Below, in pieces: positions 35,108-45,046 of a stretch of 64,000 bases of DNA. Each line of letters begins with the position of its first letter. Within the stretch, counting starts at the first letter, position 1. The position numbers were made by a program, and so were the translations under genes. The notes under the pieces were generated by a model that was not told where the DNA came from, searched no databases, and saw nothing but the letters and a program-made list of their open reading frames with translations. This stretch comes from Candidatus Marinacidobacterales bacterium. Lineage in GTDB: Bacteria; Acidobacteriota; Vicinamibacteria; Marinacidobacterales; SMYC01. Location of the stretch: the NCBI GenBank assembly GCA_965224085.1, contig CBDCYI010000005.1, positions 2,016,001-2,080,000 of the forward strand. Direction: 5' to 3'.

Positions 35108-37945
35108 ATGTTTAGTAGGTCATTCAAGTACTTGGTTAAATTCGTCCCCTTCATCCTGTTGCTTTTGGGAGCAGGCAGCGTCCTTGCGCAGAATGTCACC
35201 GGGACTCTCTATGGGAAGGTAATGGATGAATCTGGCCTTCTGGTACCTGGCGTCACCGTGACCGTGAGCAGCCCGCAGCTCATCCAAGGTGTCGAAGTTC
35301 GTGTCACGACAGCCACGGGAACCTATCGCGTTCCCAACCTCCCTCCCGGCACCTATTCGGTGAAGGCCGAGCTTTCGGGATTCCAAACCGTGACTCGCGA
35401 GGCCATCGTGCTGCTCACCGGCGCGTCACTGGCGATCGACTTTATGCTGAAACTGACGCCCGTTGCAGAGACCATCACGGTCACCGGCGAGTCACCCCTC
35501 GTCGACGTGAAGAGCACGAACCTGACCCGTCACATTGATAGCGACGTGGTGGAAAACATCCCTGTCGCCCGAAACTTCGCCGCTCTCCTCGAGACCGCCC
35601 CCGGCATCCTTGATAGCGAATATGGTTTCTCGCCCGCCCAAACCGTGCACGGCAGCTCGGTCCGAGACAACGTGTATAACTTGGATGGGGCCAACGCGAA
35701 CGACAACGCCGTGGGCTACATGTTCTCTGACATACCCTACGACATCATCGAGGAGGTCCAGATCACGAGCGGCGGAATCTCTGCCGAGTACGGGCAGGCC
35801 GCCGGCGCCGTCTTCAGTTTCATCACCAAGTCGGGCGGAAACGACTTCAGTGGCGGCGGGAACTTCTTCATCGTCAACGAAGACCTCCAAGGGAACAACC
35901 TCACCGACGAGCTGAGGGCACAGGTGCCGCAGGGAACGGAGGAAATAAAGAATCTGGATTTCGGAGTCTACGGGGGCGGCCCGGTGATAAAAGACAGGAT
36001 CTGGTTCTTTGGCAACCTTCGGCGGCTCGATATCGAGCGGACGCAGCCGGACTTCACCGCGCAAAACCCGACCATCACGGAAAACCAGTATTTCATCAAG
36101 GGTACCGCGCAGGTCAATCCCAGCAACAAGATCCAAGGCTCATACACGCAGCGAGATTTCAACCTTTTCCCCGGAAACGCCGGCTTCGCAAGGAATGACA
36201 ACCCGGAGACCTGGTCCAACAGCTTTCGGCCTTTCAAGGTCGCCTATCTGACCTGGACGAGCCTTCTCACCGAGAACACTTTTCTCGACGCGAGCTACAG
36301 CATCAACACGGCGCGGTTCAATACCACCTATGATAATTTCGAGGTGGGTTACTTCGACATTGCCACCGGAAAACACTCCGGTGGGATAACCGGCCCAATC
36401 GGCCCAACCCTCAACCGGGACACGAATTATCTGAGGGCGAGCGTGTCGACCTTTCAAGATGCGTGGGGGGGACGCTCGCACAACCTCAAGGTAGGCGTGG
36501 ATTACGCCTACGTTCCCTTCGCATGGACCCGGACACTCCCCGGCGACATGGTCCACCGCTTGAACAACGGCAGAGCCCACCGCATACGTTTGTACAACAC
36601 CCCGCTTGGATTTCTGGGACTCAACGTGACCCGCTGGGCGGGATATGTTCAGGATGAATGGACGCTCAACGATCGGGTGACGCTCAACCTCGGTGTCCGG
36701 CTCGAGTCGAACGAAGGCTGGGCGCCGGAGCAGCACGGCGGCGGCGGGCGATGGTTCCCGCGGGTCGACTTCGCGGAGGTGCGCGACCAAATGAAGTGGT
36801 TCAATACGGCCCCTCGGCTAGGGTTGATCTGGGATGCGACCGGCGACCAAAGGACTTCGGTCAAGTTCAGCTACTCCCGATACTATCAAGCGGCGCTCAG
36901 TCAGCATGTTTTCAACGGCGTCCGAAACGGGACCTCTTTCCAGGAGTATGACTGGATCGACCGCAACGGCGATCTCTTCTTCCAGGATGGCGAACAGGGA
37001 GCGCTCCGGTCGGATCTCCGTGCCAACACGAACATCTTCGACCCCGACCTGAAACAACCGTACGTGGATGAGTTCTATGTGGGAGTGGATTGGCAGGTAA
37101 AGAACAACGTCTCCCTGTCCGTGGCGGGGATCGTCAAGCGTGAGCGGAACCTCATGGAGACGATCGACCTTTCGAAGCCGTTTTCCGAGGCCTATAACCC
37201 CGTTAGCGTCACCAACCCGATCGATGGCCAGGCCATGACGATTTTTGCTTTGGATCCTGCCTTCCAGGGCGTTCAGCGCATCCGGACTCTCACCAATCCC
37301 ACCGATCCGATCACTCTCGTGCGGGACTACAAAGGGATCGATCTCGTCCTGCGGAAAAGGATGAGCGATGGATGGCAGTTTGAAGGATCGCTCGTTTTGA
37401 GCCGCTCGGAGGGAAATACTGGAAACAGCTTTGGAGCTAGCACCGGCGGCCGCCCCCTTTACGACAATCCCAATACTCTGATCAACATCGACGGTCCTCT
37501 CGACTTGGATACCCCCGTTCAGCTCAAATTCGCGGGAACCTATATCGCACCTTACGACATTTTGTTTAGCGCCTTCTACAGTGGGATCTCCGGCTTCCCC
37601 ATCAAACCACCGTCGGGTTTTCCGACGGATGTCCTCGGGGCCTATACCGTTCGCTTCACCCCCGCTGACAACCCTGGGATCGTTACGGAGAGCTTCATCG
37701 ATGTGGCGGGTCAGCCACGCGGCACCAACCGGACCGATTTCCGACACAAGCTGTCCTTCCGCGCCGAAAAGGAGTTCGTGATGGGTACCTGGAGGCTCGG
37801 GTTCATCGCGGACGTTTTCAACCTCTTCAACATCAGTACGGTCACGGCGGTACAGACCCTTCGGTTCGACCATCCGAATTTCCTGAAGCCGGCTATCATC
37901 GAGCTACCTCGCACCTTGCGGCTAGGCATTCGCATAAACTATTGA
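35108..37945 (+). CDS. TonB-dependent receptor 2 (Oar-like)
   Basis: Signal peptide; FSPAQTVHGSSVRDN plug motif, ITKSGGN, YVQDEW, APRLG, DVFNLFN, terminal Y. Confidence 0.9.
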   Translation: MFSRSFKYLVKFVPFILLLLGAGSVLAQNVTGTLYGKVMDESGLLVPGVTVTVSSPQLIQGVEVRVTTATGTYRVPNLPPGTYSVKAELSGFQTVTREAIVLLTGASLAIDFMLKLTPVAETITVTGESPLVDVKSTNLTRHIDSDVVENIPVARNFAALLETAPGILDSEYGFSPAQTVHGSSVRDNVYNLDGANANDNAVGYMFSDIPYDIIEEVQITSGGISAEYGQAAGAVFSFITKSGGNDFSGGGNFFIVNEDLQGNNLTDELRAQVPQGTEEIKNLDFGVYGGGPVIKDRIWFFGNLRRLDIERTQPDFTAQNPTITENQYFIKGTAQVNPSNKIQGSYTQRDFNLFPGNAGFARNDNPETWSNSFRPFKVAYLTWTSLLTENTFLDASYSINTARFNTTYDNFEVGYFDIATGKHSGGITGPIGPTLNRDTNYLRASVSTFQDAWGGRSHNLKVGVDYAYVPFAWTRTLPGDMVHRLNNGRAHRIRLYNTPLGFLGLNVTRWAGYVQDEWTLNDRVTLNLGVRLESNEGWAPEQHGGGGRWFPRVDFAEVRDQMKWFNTAPRLGLIWDATGDQRTSVKFSYSRYYQAALSQHVFNGVRNGTSFQEYDWIDRNGDLFFQDGEQGALRSDLRANTNIFDPDLKQPYVDEFYVGVDWQVKNNVSLSVAGIVKRERNLMETIDLSKPFSEAYNPVSVTNPIDGQAMTIFALDPAFQGVQRIRTLTNPTDPITLVRDYKGIDLVLRKRMSDGWQFEGSLVLSRSEGNTGNSFGASTGGRPLYDNPNTLINIDGPLDLDTPVQLKFAGTYIAPYDILFSAFYSGISGFPIKPPSGFPTDVLGAYTVRFTPADNPGIVTESFIDVAGQPRGTNRTDFRHKLSFRAEKEFVMGTWRLGFIADVFNLFNISTVTAVQTLRFDHPNFLKPAIIELPRTLRLGIRINY

Positions 37946-38177
37946 CGGCTGAATGGAATCGCTTGATTGTGGGTGAACCGAACCGGACCTGCGGGCGGAG
38001 CGTGCCGATCGAGTCGCGAATCCGCCCTCGCCGTTCGAGAAGGAGATAACGGCCAGGCGTATCAAGCTGTAAGATCTCGGGCTGACGGCCGACTTGACGC
38101 CGATCGTTTGTGAACGATCCGACGAGTGATTTGCACCGGGTGACCACTTCGCGACGGTTCGTCTCTACCGCCGGTTT

Positions 38178-38342
38178 CTAGTCCCCTGGAACAGAGGTTC
38201 GTGGCCTAAAGCTCGAGGTCATTTTGTGGGCTGGCAAGGCGTGACGACGAAGTCATATTGGGATATTTTGAGGAGAAACAACGCAGCCAGCGCGCAAAAG
38301 GGCCCGCGATTTAGGTTACGAATCTCTGTTCCAGGGGACTAG
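38178..38342. mobile_element. MITE (165 bp, CTAG ends)
   Basis: Perfect terminal inverted repeat ctagtcccctggaacagag/ctctgttccaggggactag; near-identical copy at 49975-50194. Confidence 0.8.
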
Positions 38343-38552
38343 CGTCCTGTATCCGTATCAGTGGTTCGTTGCATAAAACTCGAGGCCGTTTGGTGTGTTG
38401 GCGCGGCGTGGCGACGAAGTCATATCTGGATATTTCGAGCCGCTTTCCGCAGCGAGCCTGTCGAGCGGAGGCCGAACGCAATAATGTGCAACGAAGCCAG
38501 CGCGCGAAAGGGGCCGAGATTTATGTGACGTACTACTGAGACAGGGCACTAG
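38339..38552. mobile_element. Related MITE in tandem, sharing the CTAG
   Basis: Ends ctagcgtcctgtatc/gagacagggcactag; core ggcgtggcgacgaagtcatat shared with the neighbouring element. Confidence 0.65.
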
Positions 38553-38566
38553 CGTTGGAGGATATT

Positions 38567-40210
38567 ATGGGAAAGCGATGCAAGGTCGCCACCCCTTTCA
38601 TAGTCGGAGTTCTTTTAGGAACCGTCCCCATGTGGAGTGGCGGAGCATTCGCGGAATCTTCCGGGTTTGTGGCCATCAATGTCGAAGAGATACGACTCGC
38701 CAACGGTTTTCGAGTCCTTCTCGTCGAGGATCATCGAGTTCCTCGCGTCGCCGCAAGCCTGTGGTACCGCTTGGGCGCCATTCGCGAATTGAGTGGTGAG
38801 CACGGCTCGACGCACTTCCTCGAGCACGCGGTGCATCAAGGGACCACCACCGTAGGCACCCGCAACTTCGAGGCGGAGAAACCAATCCTAAGGGAAATCC
38901 ACGAGACCGAGCAGAAGCTCGTGGAAGTCTGGAATCGAGAGCGCAACCGTCTTCGGGAACGGAATGTCTTCTATGACGAGCTTGACTGGCCGACGACACC
39001 CGAGATGGACAGCCTGCGGCAACGGCTCTACGAGCTCGAAGACCAGGACTCTCAATACCGCGAGTTCTGGGCCGAGTACAACTGGTATCGGCGCTACGGC
39101 GCCATCGCCCACGCCGATCCGGTGCCCGCGACGACGTGGAAAGAATATCTGGAAATCGATATCGACCTGCCGAAGGAGGCGATCGAGCTTTTGTTCCGCC
39201 TGGAGGCCGACCGGATGGTCAATGCGGTTCTACGAGGATGGGAGGCCCAGCGCTTTACCGTGCTGGAGCAGATTCTCAACCGACACGTGCTGCCAGAGAC
39301 GGGGCGCTTCTCAGAAGCGATCGATGGCGTCACCGGCCTGGCACACCCGGCGTACAACTCGGCCCAAGGGCATTTCCGGGATTTCGCCTACTACAATCGC
39401 ACCAGCATGCTGCGCGTCTACGACGACTACTTCGTGCCGAGCAATGCGACTCTCGCCTTGGTCGGAGACATCGCGCCCGGTGAGGCTCGCACTCTCGCCG
39501 AACGATATTTCGGCCAGCTCGCCCGAGGAGCGGAGTCACCGGCTCTCATGGATGTCGAAGCGGAACCGGTCCCGGGAGGCGCGGTGCGGCTCGACTGGCT
39601 AGAGCCCATGGACCCTCGGGTGATCCTTCGTTATCGCGTACCCGGGGTTGGTCACCCGGAAAGGCCGGTGTTCGACACCATCGCAGCCCTTACCCGTGGC
39701 CGTCACGGCCTCTTTGCGGCAAGTCTCGCGCGCAAGCCGGGCTCTCCTACGAACGTGGATTTCCAGGCTGCCCCGACACGCCTGGGATCCACTAACGTCA
39801 TCGATTTCATCGCGAAAGCGCGCCGCGACGAAGACGTTCCCGGCCTCGAAGAGACCCTGCTCGCGGTGCTGGACGACCTGCAAAAAAAACGCATCGACGC
39901 GAAGGCCCTGGAGCGAGCGCGGAAAGCCTTGCGCTTGGAGTGGGACCGGACTCGATCGGAGCGGAGAGAGCTCGCCAAAGCGCTCGGCCAATTTCAGGTG
40001 ATGGATAGCTGGGAAACGCTTCAGACCTTTATGGAAGCTCGGCTGAGCGCATCGGTCGAAGACATTCAACGAGCGGCGCGGCGATATTTTGTGCCTTCGA
40101 ACCGCGTCATCGTCATCGCGCGAGAGAGACCGCTTTCGCACGAGCGACCCGGCTCGCGCGCGACGACCTCGATGGCCCCAATGGCCTCAATGGAAGGAAA
40201 CGAGCCATGA
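38567..40210 (+). CDS. M16-fold peptidase, HxxEH subunit (alpha 1), secreted
   Basis: LANGFRVL, GSTHFLEH, LEADRM, YFVPSNATLALVGD; signal peptide. Confidence 0.85.
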   Translation: MGKRCKVATPFIVGVLLGTVPMWSGGAFAESSGFVAINVEEIRLANGFRVLLVEDHRVPRVAASLWYRLGAIRELSGEHGSTHFLEHAVHQGTTTVGTRNFEAEKPILREIHETEQKLVEVWNRERNRLRERNVFYDELDWPTTPEMDSLRQRLYELEDQDSQYREFWAEYNWYRRYGAIAHADPVPATTWKEYLEIDIDLPKEAIELLFRLEADRMVNAVLRGWEAQRFTVLEQILNRHVLPETGRFSEAIDGVTGLAHPAYNSAQGHFRDFAYYNRTSMLRVYDDYFVPSNATLALVGDIAPGEARTLAERYFGQLARGAESPALMDVEAEPVPGGAVRLDWLEPMDPRVILRYRVPGVGHPERPVFDTIAALTRGRHGLFAASLARKPGSPTNVDFQAAPTRLGSTNVIDFIAKARRDEDVPGLEETLLAVLDDLQKKRIDAKALERARKALRLEWDRTRSERRELAKALGQFQVMDSWETLQTFMEARLSASVEDIQRAARRYFVPSNRVIVIARERPLSHERPGSRATTSMAPMASMEGNEP

Positions 40211-41706
40211 AAATGGAAAGAGAGAAAATTTACCGGGCTCTGGTGCCGATGGCGGCACTCACTCTGGCCACCGCTCTTTCGCTGGCGGGCTGTGCTGGCG
40301 GATCGAATGGCGAAGAGGAGATATTACCAGGGCGCTCTCGTCCTTTGTTGGAGCACGACTGGCCTCATCCTCGTGACTTTGAGTTTGCCCCCAGCACTTT
40401 CACACCGCCAGATGCTGCTGGAGCTTTGGTGAACACGACGACGGGCCTTCGCGCTTACATCATCCCTGATGCATCGGACCCGCTGGTGCGAGTTACCGCG
40501 GCGGTGCCGTTGGGCCGACTCTATGAGCAGTCGGGCGAAGCCGGAGCTTCGAGGCTCTTGACGGAGCTTTTGACTCGTCACGGCCCGGCTGATCCAAACC
40601 GGCCTCTTTCGCTGCGCCTGGAGTCCCTGGGAACGGCTCTCCAGATGGAGGAGGATCTCGACGTGACGCAGATCTCAGTAGAGGTGCTGGCCGAGGACTG
40701 GCAGGAAGGACTGGCCGTGCTGATCGATGTCCTCCGGCGCCCTGACTTCGAAAATAGCGTTCTCCGTCACTATCGTACCGGTCCCGGGTACTCGACCCCT
40801 ACTTCGCGTGCTTCGGGAAGTGGATTCCAGCCTAAAGTGGAGCTCGAGAGAATTCTCGCTGGCTACCCGCTCGCGCCGGCCGATCCAGGCCTATCGGTGA
40901 CGAGCCAAGCGCTACGCGCCCTGGCGGGGCGTACGCTGCGGCCAAACAGGGTCGTCCTCGGCGTTTCAGGCAACGTGCCGAGGGCCGAGGTGGAGGCAGC
41001 GTTGAACAAGTTAAGCGAAGGCTGGGACACCACAGAAGAGCCGCTCCGAGTCGCCGAGCTGACCGGAGAAGCAAGAGTCCAAGAAAAGCTCCACACCATT
41101 GATGTGCCAAGCCTCGAGGGCTGGATTGCCACCGGCCGCCCGGTAGGGCCGGTTCCCGAATCGGAGCGGGCCGCTGTCGCGGTGATGGCTCACATCCTCG
41201 GGACGCGCCTCAACATTGCCGTCCGCGAGATCCGCGGGCTTGCCAATCACACCGTTTTCGTGCTCCCGGACACGGCGAGCGGAGCCGGTCTCTGGCATGT
41301 GAGAACGGGCGGTCGCACGGAGGCTGTGGCACCTCTCGTCAAGTTCTGCTGGGAAGAAATCGAGAAAATGCACCAACCTACCGAGCCCATCACCGAGGAC
41401 GAGATCGAACAGGCCAAGGGCGCGTTGGTGCTGAGTAGCTGGCAGGCAGCTCTCGACGGCGCCCGGCAGGCGAGCGCGACTTACGCGGTGGAAACTGTAC
41501 GGCGCGGGGCTTTGGACGCACTGCTTCAGTGGCCCGAAGCCGTTAGAGCGGTCACGGTCCAGCAGGTCAAGGAGGTTGCGCAAAAGTACCTGAGCGCGGA
41601 AGAGATGGTTACGGTTGTCGTCGGTCCAATCGATAAAATCCGAGAGGCACGTCACCCCCGATGGCCCGTCGATTTGAGCGCGCTTGAATCGACTCCCACG
41701 TCTTGA
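40207..41706 (+). CDS. M16-fold non-catalytic partner (beta 1), lipoprotein
   Basis: LSLAGC lipobox; no HxxEH; VREIRGLAN, TEDEIEQAKG, TVVVGP; ATGA coupling to alpha 1. Confidence 0.8.
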   Translation: MKMEREKIYRALVPMAALTLATALSLAGCAGGSNGEEEILPGRSRPLLEHDWPHPRDFEFAPSTFTPPDAAGALVNTTTGLRAYIIPDASDPLVRVTAAVPLGRLYEQSGEAGASRLLTELLTRHGPADPNRPLSLRLESLGTALQMEEDLDVTQISVEVLAEDWQEGLAVLIDVLRRPDFENSVLRHYRTGPGYSTPTSRASGSGFQPKVELERILAGYPLAPADPGLSVTSQALRALAGRTLRPNRVVLGVSGNVPRAEVEAALNKLSEGWDTTEEPLRVAELTGEARVQEKLHTIDVPSLEGWIATGRPVGPVPESERAAVAVMAHILGTRLNIAVREIRGLANHTVFVLPDTASGAGLWHVRTGGRTEAVAPLVKFCWEEIEKMHQPTEPITEDEIEQAKGALVLSSWQAALDGARQASATYAVETVRRGALDALLQWPEAVRAVTVQQVKEVAQKYLSAEEMVTVVVGPIDKIREARHPRWPVDLSALESTPTS

Positions 41707-41740
41707 CGAGCGCTCGAAGCTGAACCGCGGAGGCAACGCA

Positions 41741-43339
41741 ATGAGGAAAAGCACTACGGCATTGGCCCTTTGGGTGATCTTCCCTTTTTGTTTGACTGGA
41801 GGTGTCGAGCGGCTCGAGGCGGCCACAGATTCCATACAGGAGATCGTGCTCGAAAACGGGTTTCGAGTGCTGGTCGTCGAGAAAACCGCCGTGCCCCGGG
41901 TGGCTGCGAGTCTCTGGTATCGGGTAGGAGGGATAGCCGAAGCTCAAGGTGAGCACGGCTCCACCCACTTTCTCGAGCATTTGATCCATCAGGGAACAAC
42001 GACCGTGGGCACTAGAGACTTCGCGGCGGAAAAACCCATTTTGAGAGAGATCTATGAAACGGAACAGAAGCTGATTGAAGTTTGGAATCGGGAACGTAAT
42101 CGCCTGAGGGAGCGAAATGTCTTTTACGATGAGCTTGACTGGCCTACGACGCCGGAGATGGTGAAGTTGCGCCAGCGGCTCTACGAGCTGGAGGACCAAG
42201 ATTCGGAGCTTCGAGAGTTCTGGGCCGAGTACAACTGGTACCGACGTTACGGCGGCCGTGCTCGGCACGCCGATCCCGTGCCCGCGACGACGGGAAACGA
42301 GCATATGGACATCTCTCTCGACCTCCCTAAAGAAAACCTCGAGCTCCTCTTCCGGCTCGAGGCGGAGCGGATGGTCAATGCGGTTTTGCGCGGTTGGGAG
42401 GCTCAGCGATTCACCGTTTTCGAGCAGATCCTCAACAGCCACAGCCGGCCGGAGAGAGGGAGATTCTATCAGGCAATTAACGGAGTAACGGGGCTCGCCC
42501 ACCCGATATACCTGTCCGCGGGAGGGCATATGCGGGACTTCGCCTACTTCAATCGCGCCAGTATGCTCCGGATGTACGAGAAGTATTTCGTCCCCGGAAA
42601 TGCCACCCTCGTTCTGGTTGGTGACGTGTCGCTCGGGCAGGTTCGCTCCCTCGCCGAGCGCTACTTCGGTCGCATCCCCAAAGGAGCCGAGGCGCCGGCC
42701 CGGATGGACTACGAAGCGGAGCCGGTTCCCGGAGGCGCCGCGCGGCTCGACTGGTTGGAACCGCTGGATCCACGAATCATCATTCGGTTCCGCATTCCCG
42801 GCGTCGGGCACCCCGACCGGCCAGCGTTCGATGCCCTTGCGGCGGTGTTGCGAGGCCGTCACGGGGTGCTGGCTCGCGCCTCGAGGTTAAGGGAGGGTGG
42901 ATCGCGCGACCCATTTCGCGAGGTCGACTTTCAAGCATCGGCGCCGCGTTCTGGCTCGCCCCGCACCATCAGCCTCGTGGCCCGGGCGCGACGGGATGAC
43001 GATCTTCCCAAGCTCGAGCAAATGATGCTCGCGGCTTTAGAGGAGCTGCGCCAGGGAAAACTGGCTTCAGGGGATTTGAACCGGGCGCGAAAAGCGATGC
43101 GCCTGCAGTGGGAGCAGATCCGCTCGAGCCGTGGCAATCTGGCTTCGGAGCTCGGACGGTTCCAGGTGATGGACAGTTGGAGAACGCTCGAGCCCTATAT
43201 GGACGCGCGAGAGAAGGCTTCCATTGAAGACATCCGCCGCGTCGCCGAGCGCTATCTCGTTCCGGCCAACCGCACCATCGCCACGTCGCGTCGAAATCCC
43301 GCACCGAACGCTCTCCTGGCACGCACAAGCCCGGAGTAG
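41741..43339 (+). CDS. M16-fold HxxEH subunit (alpha 2)
   Basis: GSTHFLEHLIHQGT; paralog of alpha 1. Confidence 0.85.
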   Translation: MRKSTTALALWVIFPFCLTGGVERLEAATDSIQEIVLENGFRVLVVEKTAVPRVAASLWYRVGGIAEAQGEHGSTHFLEHLIHQGTTTVGTRDFAAEKPILREIYETEQKLIEVWNRERNRLRERNVFYDELDWPTTPEMVKLRQRLYELEDQDSELREFWAEYNWYRRYGGRARHADPVPATTGNEHMDISLDLPKENLELLFRLEAERMVNAVLRGWEAQRFTVFEQILNSHSRPERGRFYQAINGVTGLAHPIYLSAGGHMRDFAYFNRASMLRMYEKYFVPGNATLVLVGDVSLGQVRSLAERYFGRIPKGAEAPARMDYEAEPVPGGAARLDWLEPLDPRIIIRFRIPGVGHPDRPAFDALAAVLRGRHGVLARASRLREGGSRDPFREVDFQASAPRSGSPRTISLVARARRDDDLPKLEQMMLAALEELRQGKLASGDLNRARKAMRLQWEQIRSSRGNLASELGRFQVMDSWRTLEPYMDAREKASIEDIRRVAERYLVPANRTIATSRRNPAPNALLARTSPE

Positions 43340-43380
43340 AACGTACCGCGAGACGGTGTGAGGGGTGGAGGACGGAGATC

Positions 43381-44967
43381 ATGACGAAATCACTCTTTGT
43401 GGCGAAGCTGTTTGCCGTAGGAATGCTGGCGACAGGGCCACTGACGATGGCTTCAAGTGGGAGTCAGGTATCCCGGTCGGCCGCAAAAGCACTGCCCGCA
43501 GTCGAAGTTCAGGAGCTCGTCCTCGATAACGGCTTCCGGGTGCTGGTTGTCGAGGACGCGCGGGTACCCCGGGTGGCGGCAAGTCTCTTCTATCGCGTCG
43601 GAGCACTGCAGGAGAGGCAGGGCGAGCACGGCTCCACCCACTTTCTCGAGCATGCTATCCATCAGGGAACGACGAGCGTGGGCACTAGAAACTTCGAGGC
43701 GGAAATACCCATTTTGAGGGAGATCTATGAAACGGAACAGGAGCTGATCGCGCTCTGGAATCAAGATAGGAATCAGCTGCGGGAGCGGAACATCTTCTTC
43801 GATGAGCTCGACTGGCCGACCTCTCCTGAGATGGAGCGACTCAGGCAGCACCTTTACGAGCTCGAAGATCAAGACACGCAATACCGGGAGTTCTGGGCCG
43901 AGTACAACTGGTACCGGCGTTACGGCGGCCGTGCTCGGCACGCCGATCCCGTGCCCGCGACGACGGGAAACGAGCATATGGACATCTCTCTCGACCTCCC
44001 TAAAGAAAACCTCGAGCTCTTCTTCCGTTTGGAAGCAGACCGCATGGTCAACGCGGTCCTTCGTGGATGGGAAGCGCAACGGTTCACCGTGCTCGAACAG
44101 ATCCTCGGAAGGTGGAGCCGGCGGGACACGAGACTCGCCGAAGCTCTTCTAGGAGTGAGCGGCTATGCTCATCCTGTTTACACGCGGACGGCCTGGGGAC
44201 ATCTGCGCGACTTCGCTTATTTCAATCGCGCGAGCATGCTCCGCATCTACGATGACTACTTTGTGCCTAACAATGCGACCCTGGCACTGGTGGGAGACAT
44301 CTCGCTGCGAGAGGTGCGCTCCCTCGCCCAGCGCTACTTCGGCCGCATTCCCAGAGGGCCAAAGCCTCCGGCACGCATGGATCTGGAAGCGGAGCCACCG
44401 CCAGGAGGCGCCGTCCGGCTCGATTGGTTGGAGCCCTTGGAGCCGCGGGTGCTCATTCGCTACCGCATCCCGGCGGTCGGGCATCCTGATCGACCTGTGT
44501 TCGACACCATAGCTGCCTTACTGAAAGGCCCACAGGGCATGCTTGGCGCGAAGCTCCTGGGTGAACGCGGACTGGCTCCTGGCGTCGATTTGCAAGTCAC
44601 TGCAAGCCGTAGAGGAACGCCCGGGGCGATCGACCTCGTATCGGTGGCGGGGCGCGATGAAGACCTGGCTACGATTGAGAGCGCGATGCTCGAAGTCGTT
44701 GACGAATTGCGTCAAGGACGAGTCGACCCCAAAGCACTCGAACGAGCTCGTAAGGCACTGCGACTGGAATGGGAACGGATGAGGTCAGATCGGGACGAGC
44801 TGGCATATCAGCTAGCGGGCCATGCCGTCTTTGACAGCTGGGAAACGTTGCCGCTCCAGATGGAAGCCCGACTGGGGACGTCCTTGGAGGACATTCAGCG
44901 AGCAGCTAGACAATACCTCGTGTCGGTGAACCGGGTGATTGCCACCTCGCGTCGTAACCCGAGGTGA
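43381..44967 (+). CDS. M16-fold HxxEH subunit (alpha 3)
   Basis: GSTHFLEHAIHQGT; paralog of alpha 1. Confidence 0.85.
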   Translation: MTKSLFVAKLFAVGMLATGPLTMASSGSQVSRSAAKALPAVEVQELVLDNGFRVLVVEDARVPRVAASLFYRVGALQERQGEHGSTHFLEHAIHQGTTSVGTRNFEAEIPILREIYETEQELIALWNQDRNQLRERNIFFDELDWPTSPEMERLRQHLYELEDQDTQYREFWAEYNWYRRYGGRARHADPVPATTGNEHMDISLDLPKENLELFFRLEADRMVNAVLRGWEAQRFTVLEQILGRWSRRDTRLAEALLGVSGYAHPVYTRTAWGHLRDFAYFNRASMLRIYDDYFVPNNATLALVGDISLREVRSLAQRYFGRIPRGPKPPARMDLEAEPPPGGAVRLDWLEPLEPRVLIRYRIPAVGHPDRPVFDTIAALLKGPQGMLGAKLLGERGLAPGVDLQVTASRRGTPGAIDLVSVAGRDEDLATIESAMLEVVDELRQGRVDPKALERARKALRLEWERMRSDRDELAYQLAGHAVFDSWETLPLQMEARLGTSLEDIQRAARQYLVSVNRVIATSRRNPR

Positions 44968-45046
44968 CCTTACCGTTACCAACACCCACAACCAAGCTGG
45001 GTCAATCGCAGGCCCCCATTCTCCGGATCCCACCCGTGCCGGTAAG

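Noticed and set aside
38178-38552. CRISPR array or structured ncRNA
   Set aside because: No regularly spaced repeat-spacer units; terminal inverted repeats and a dispersed copy fit MITEs.
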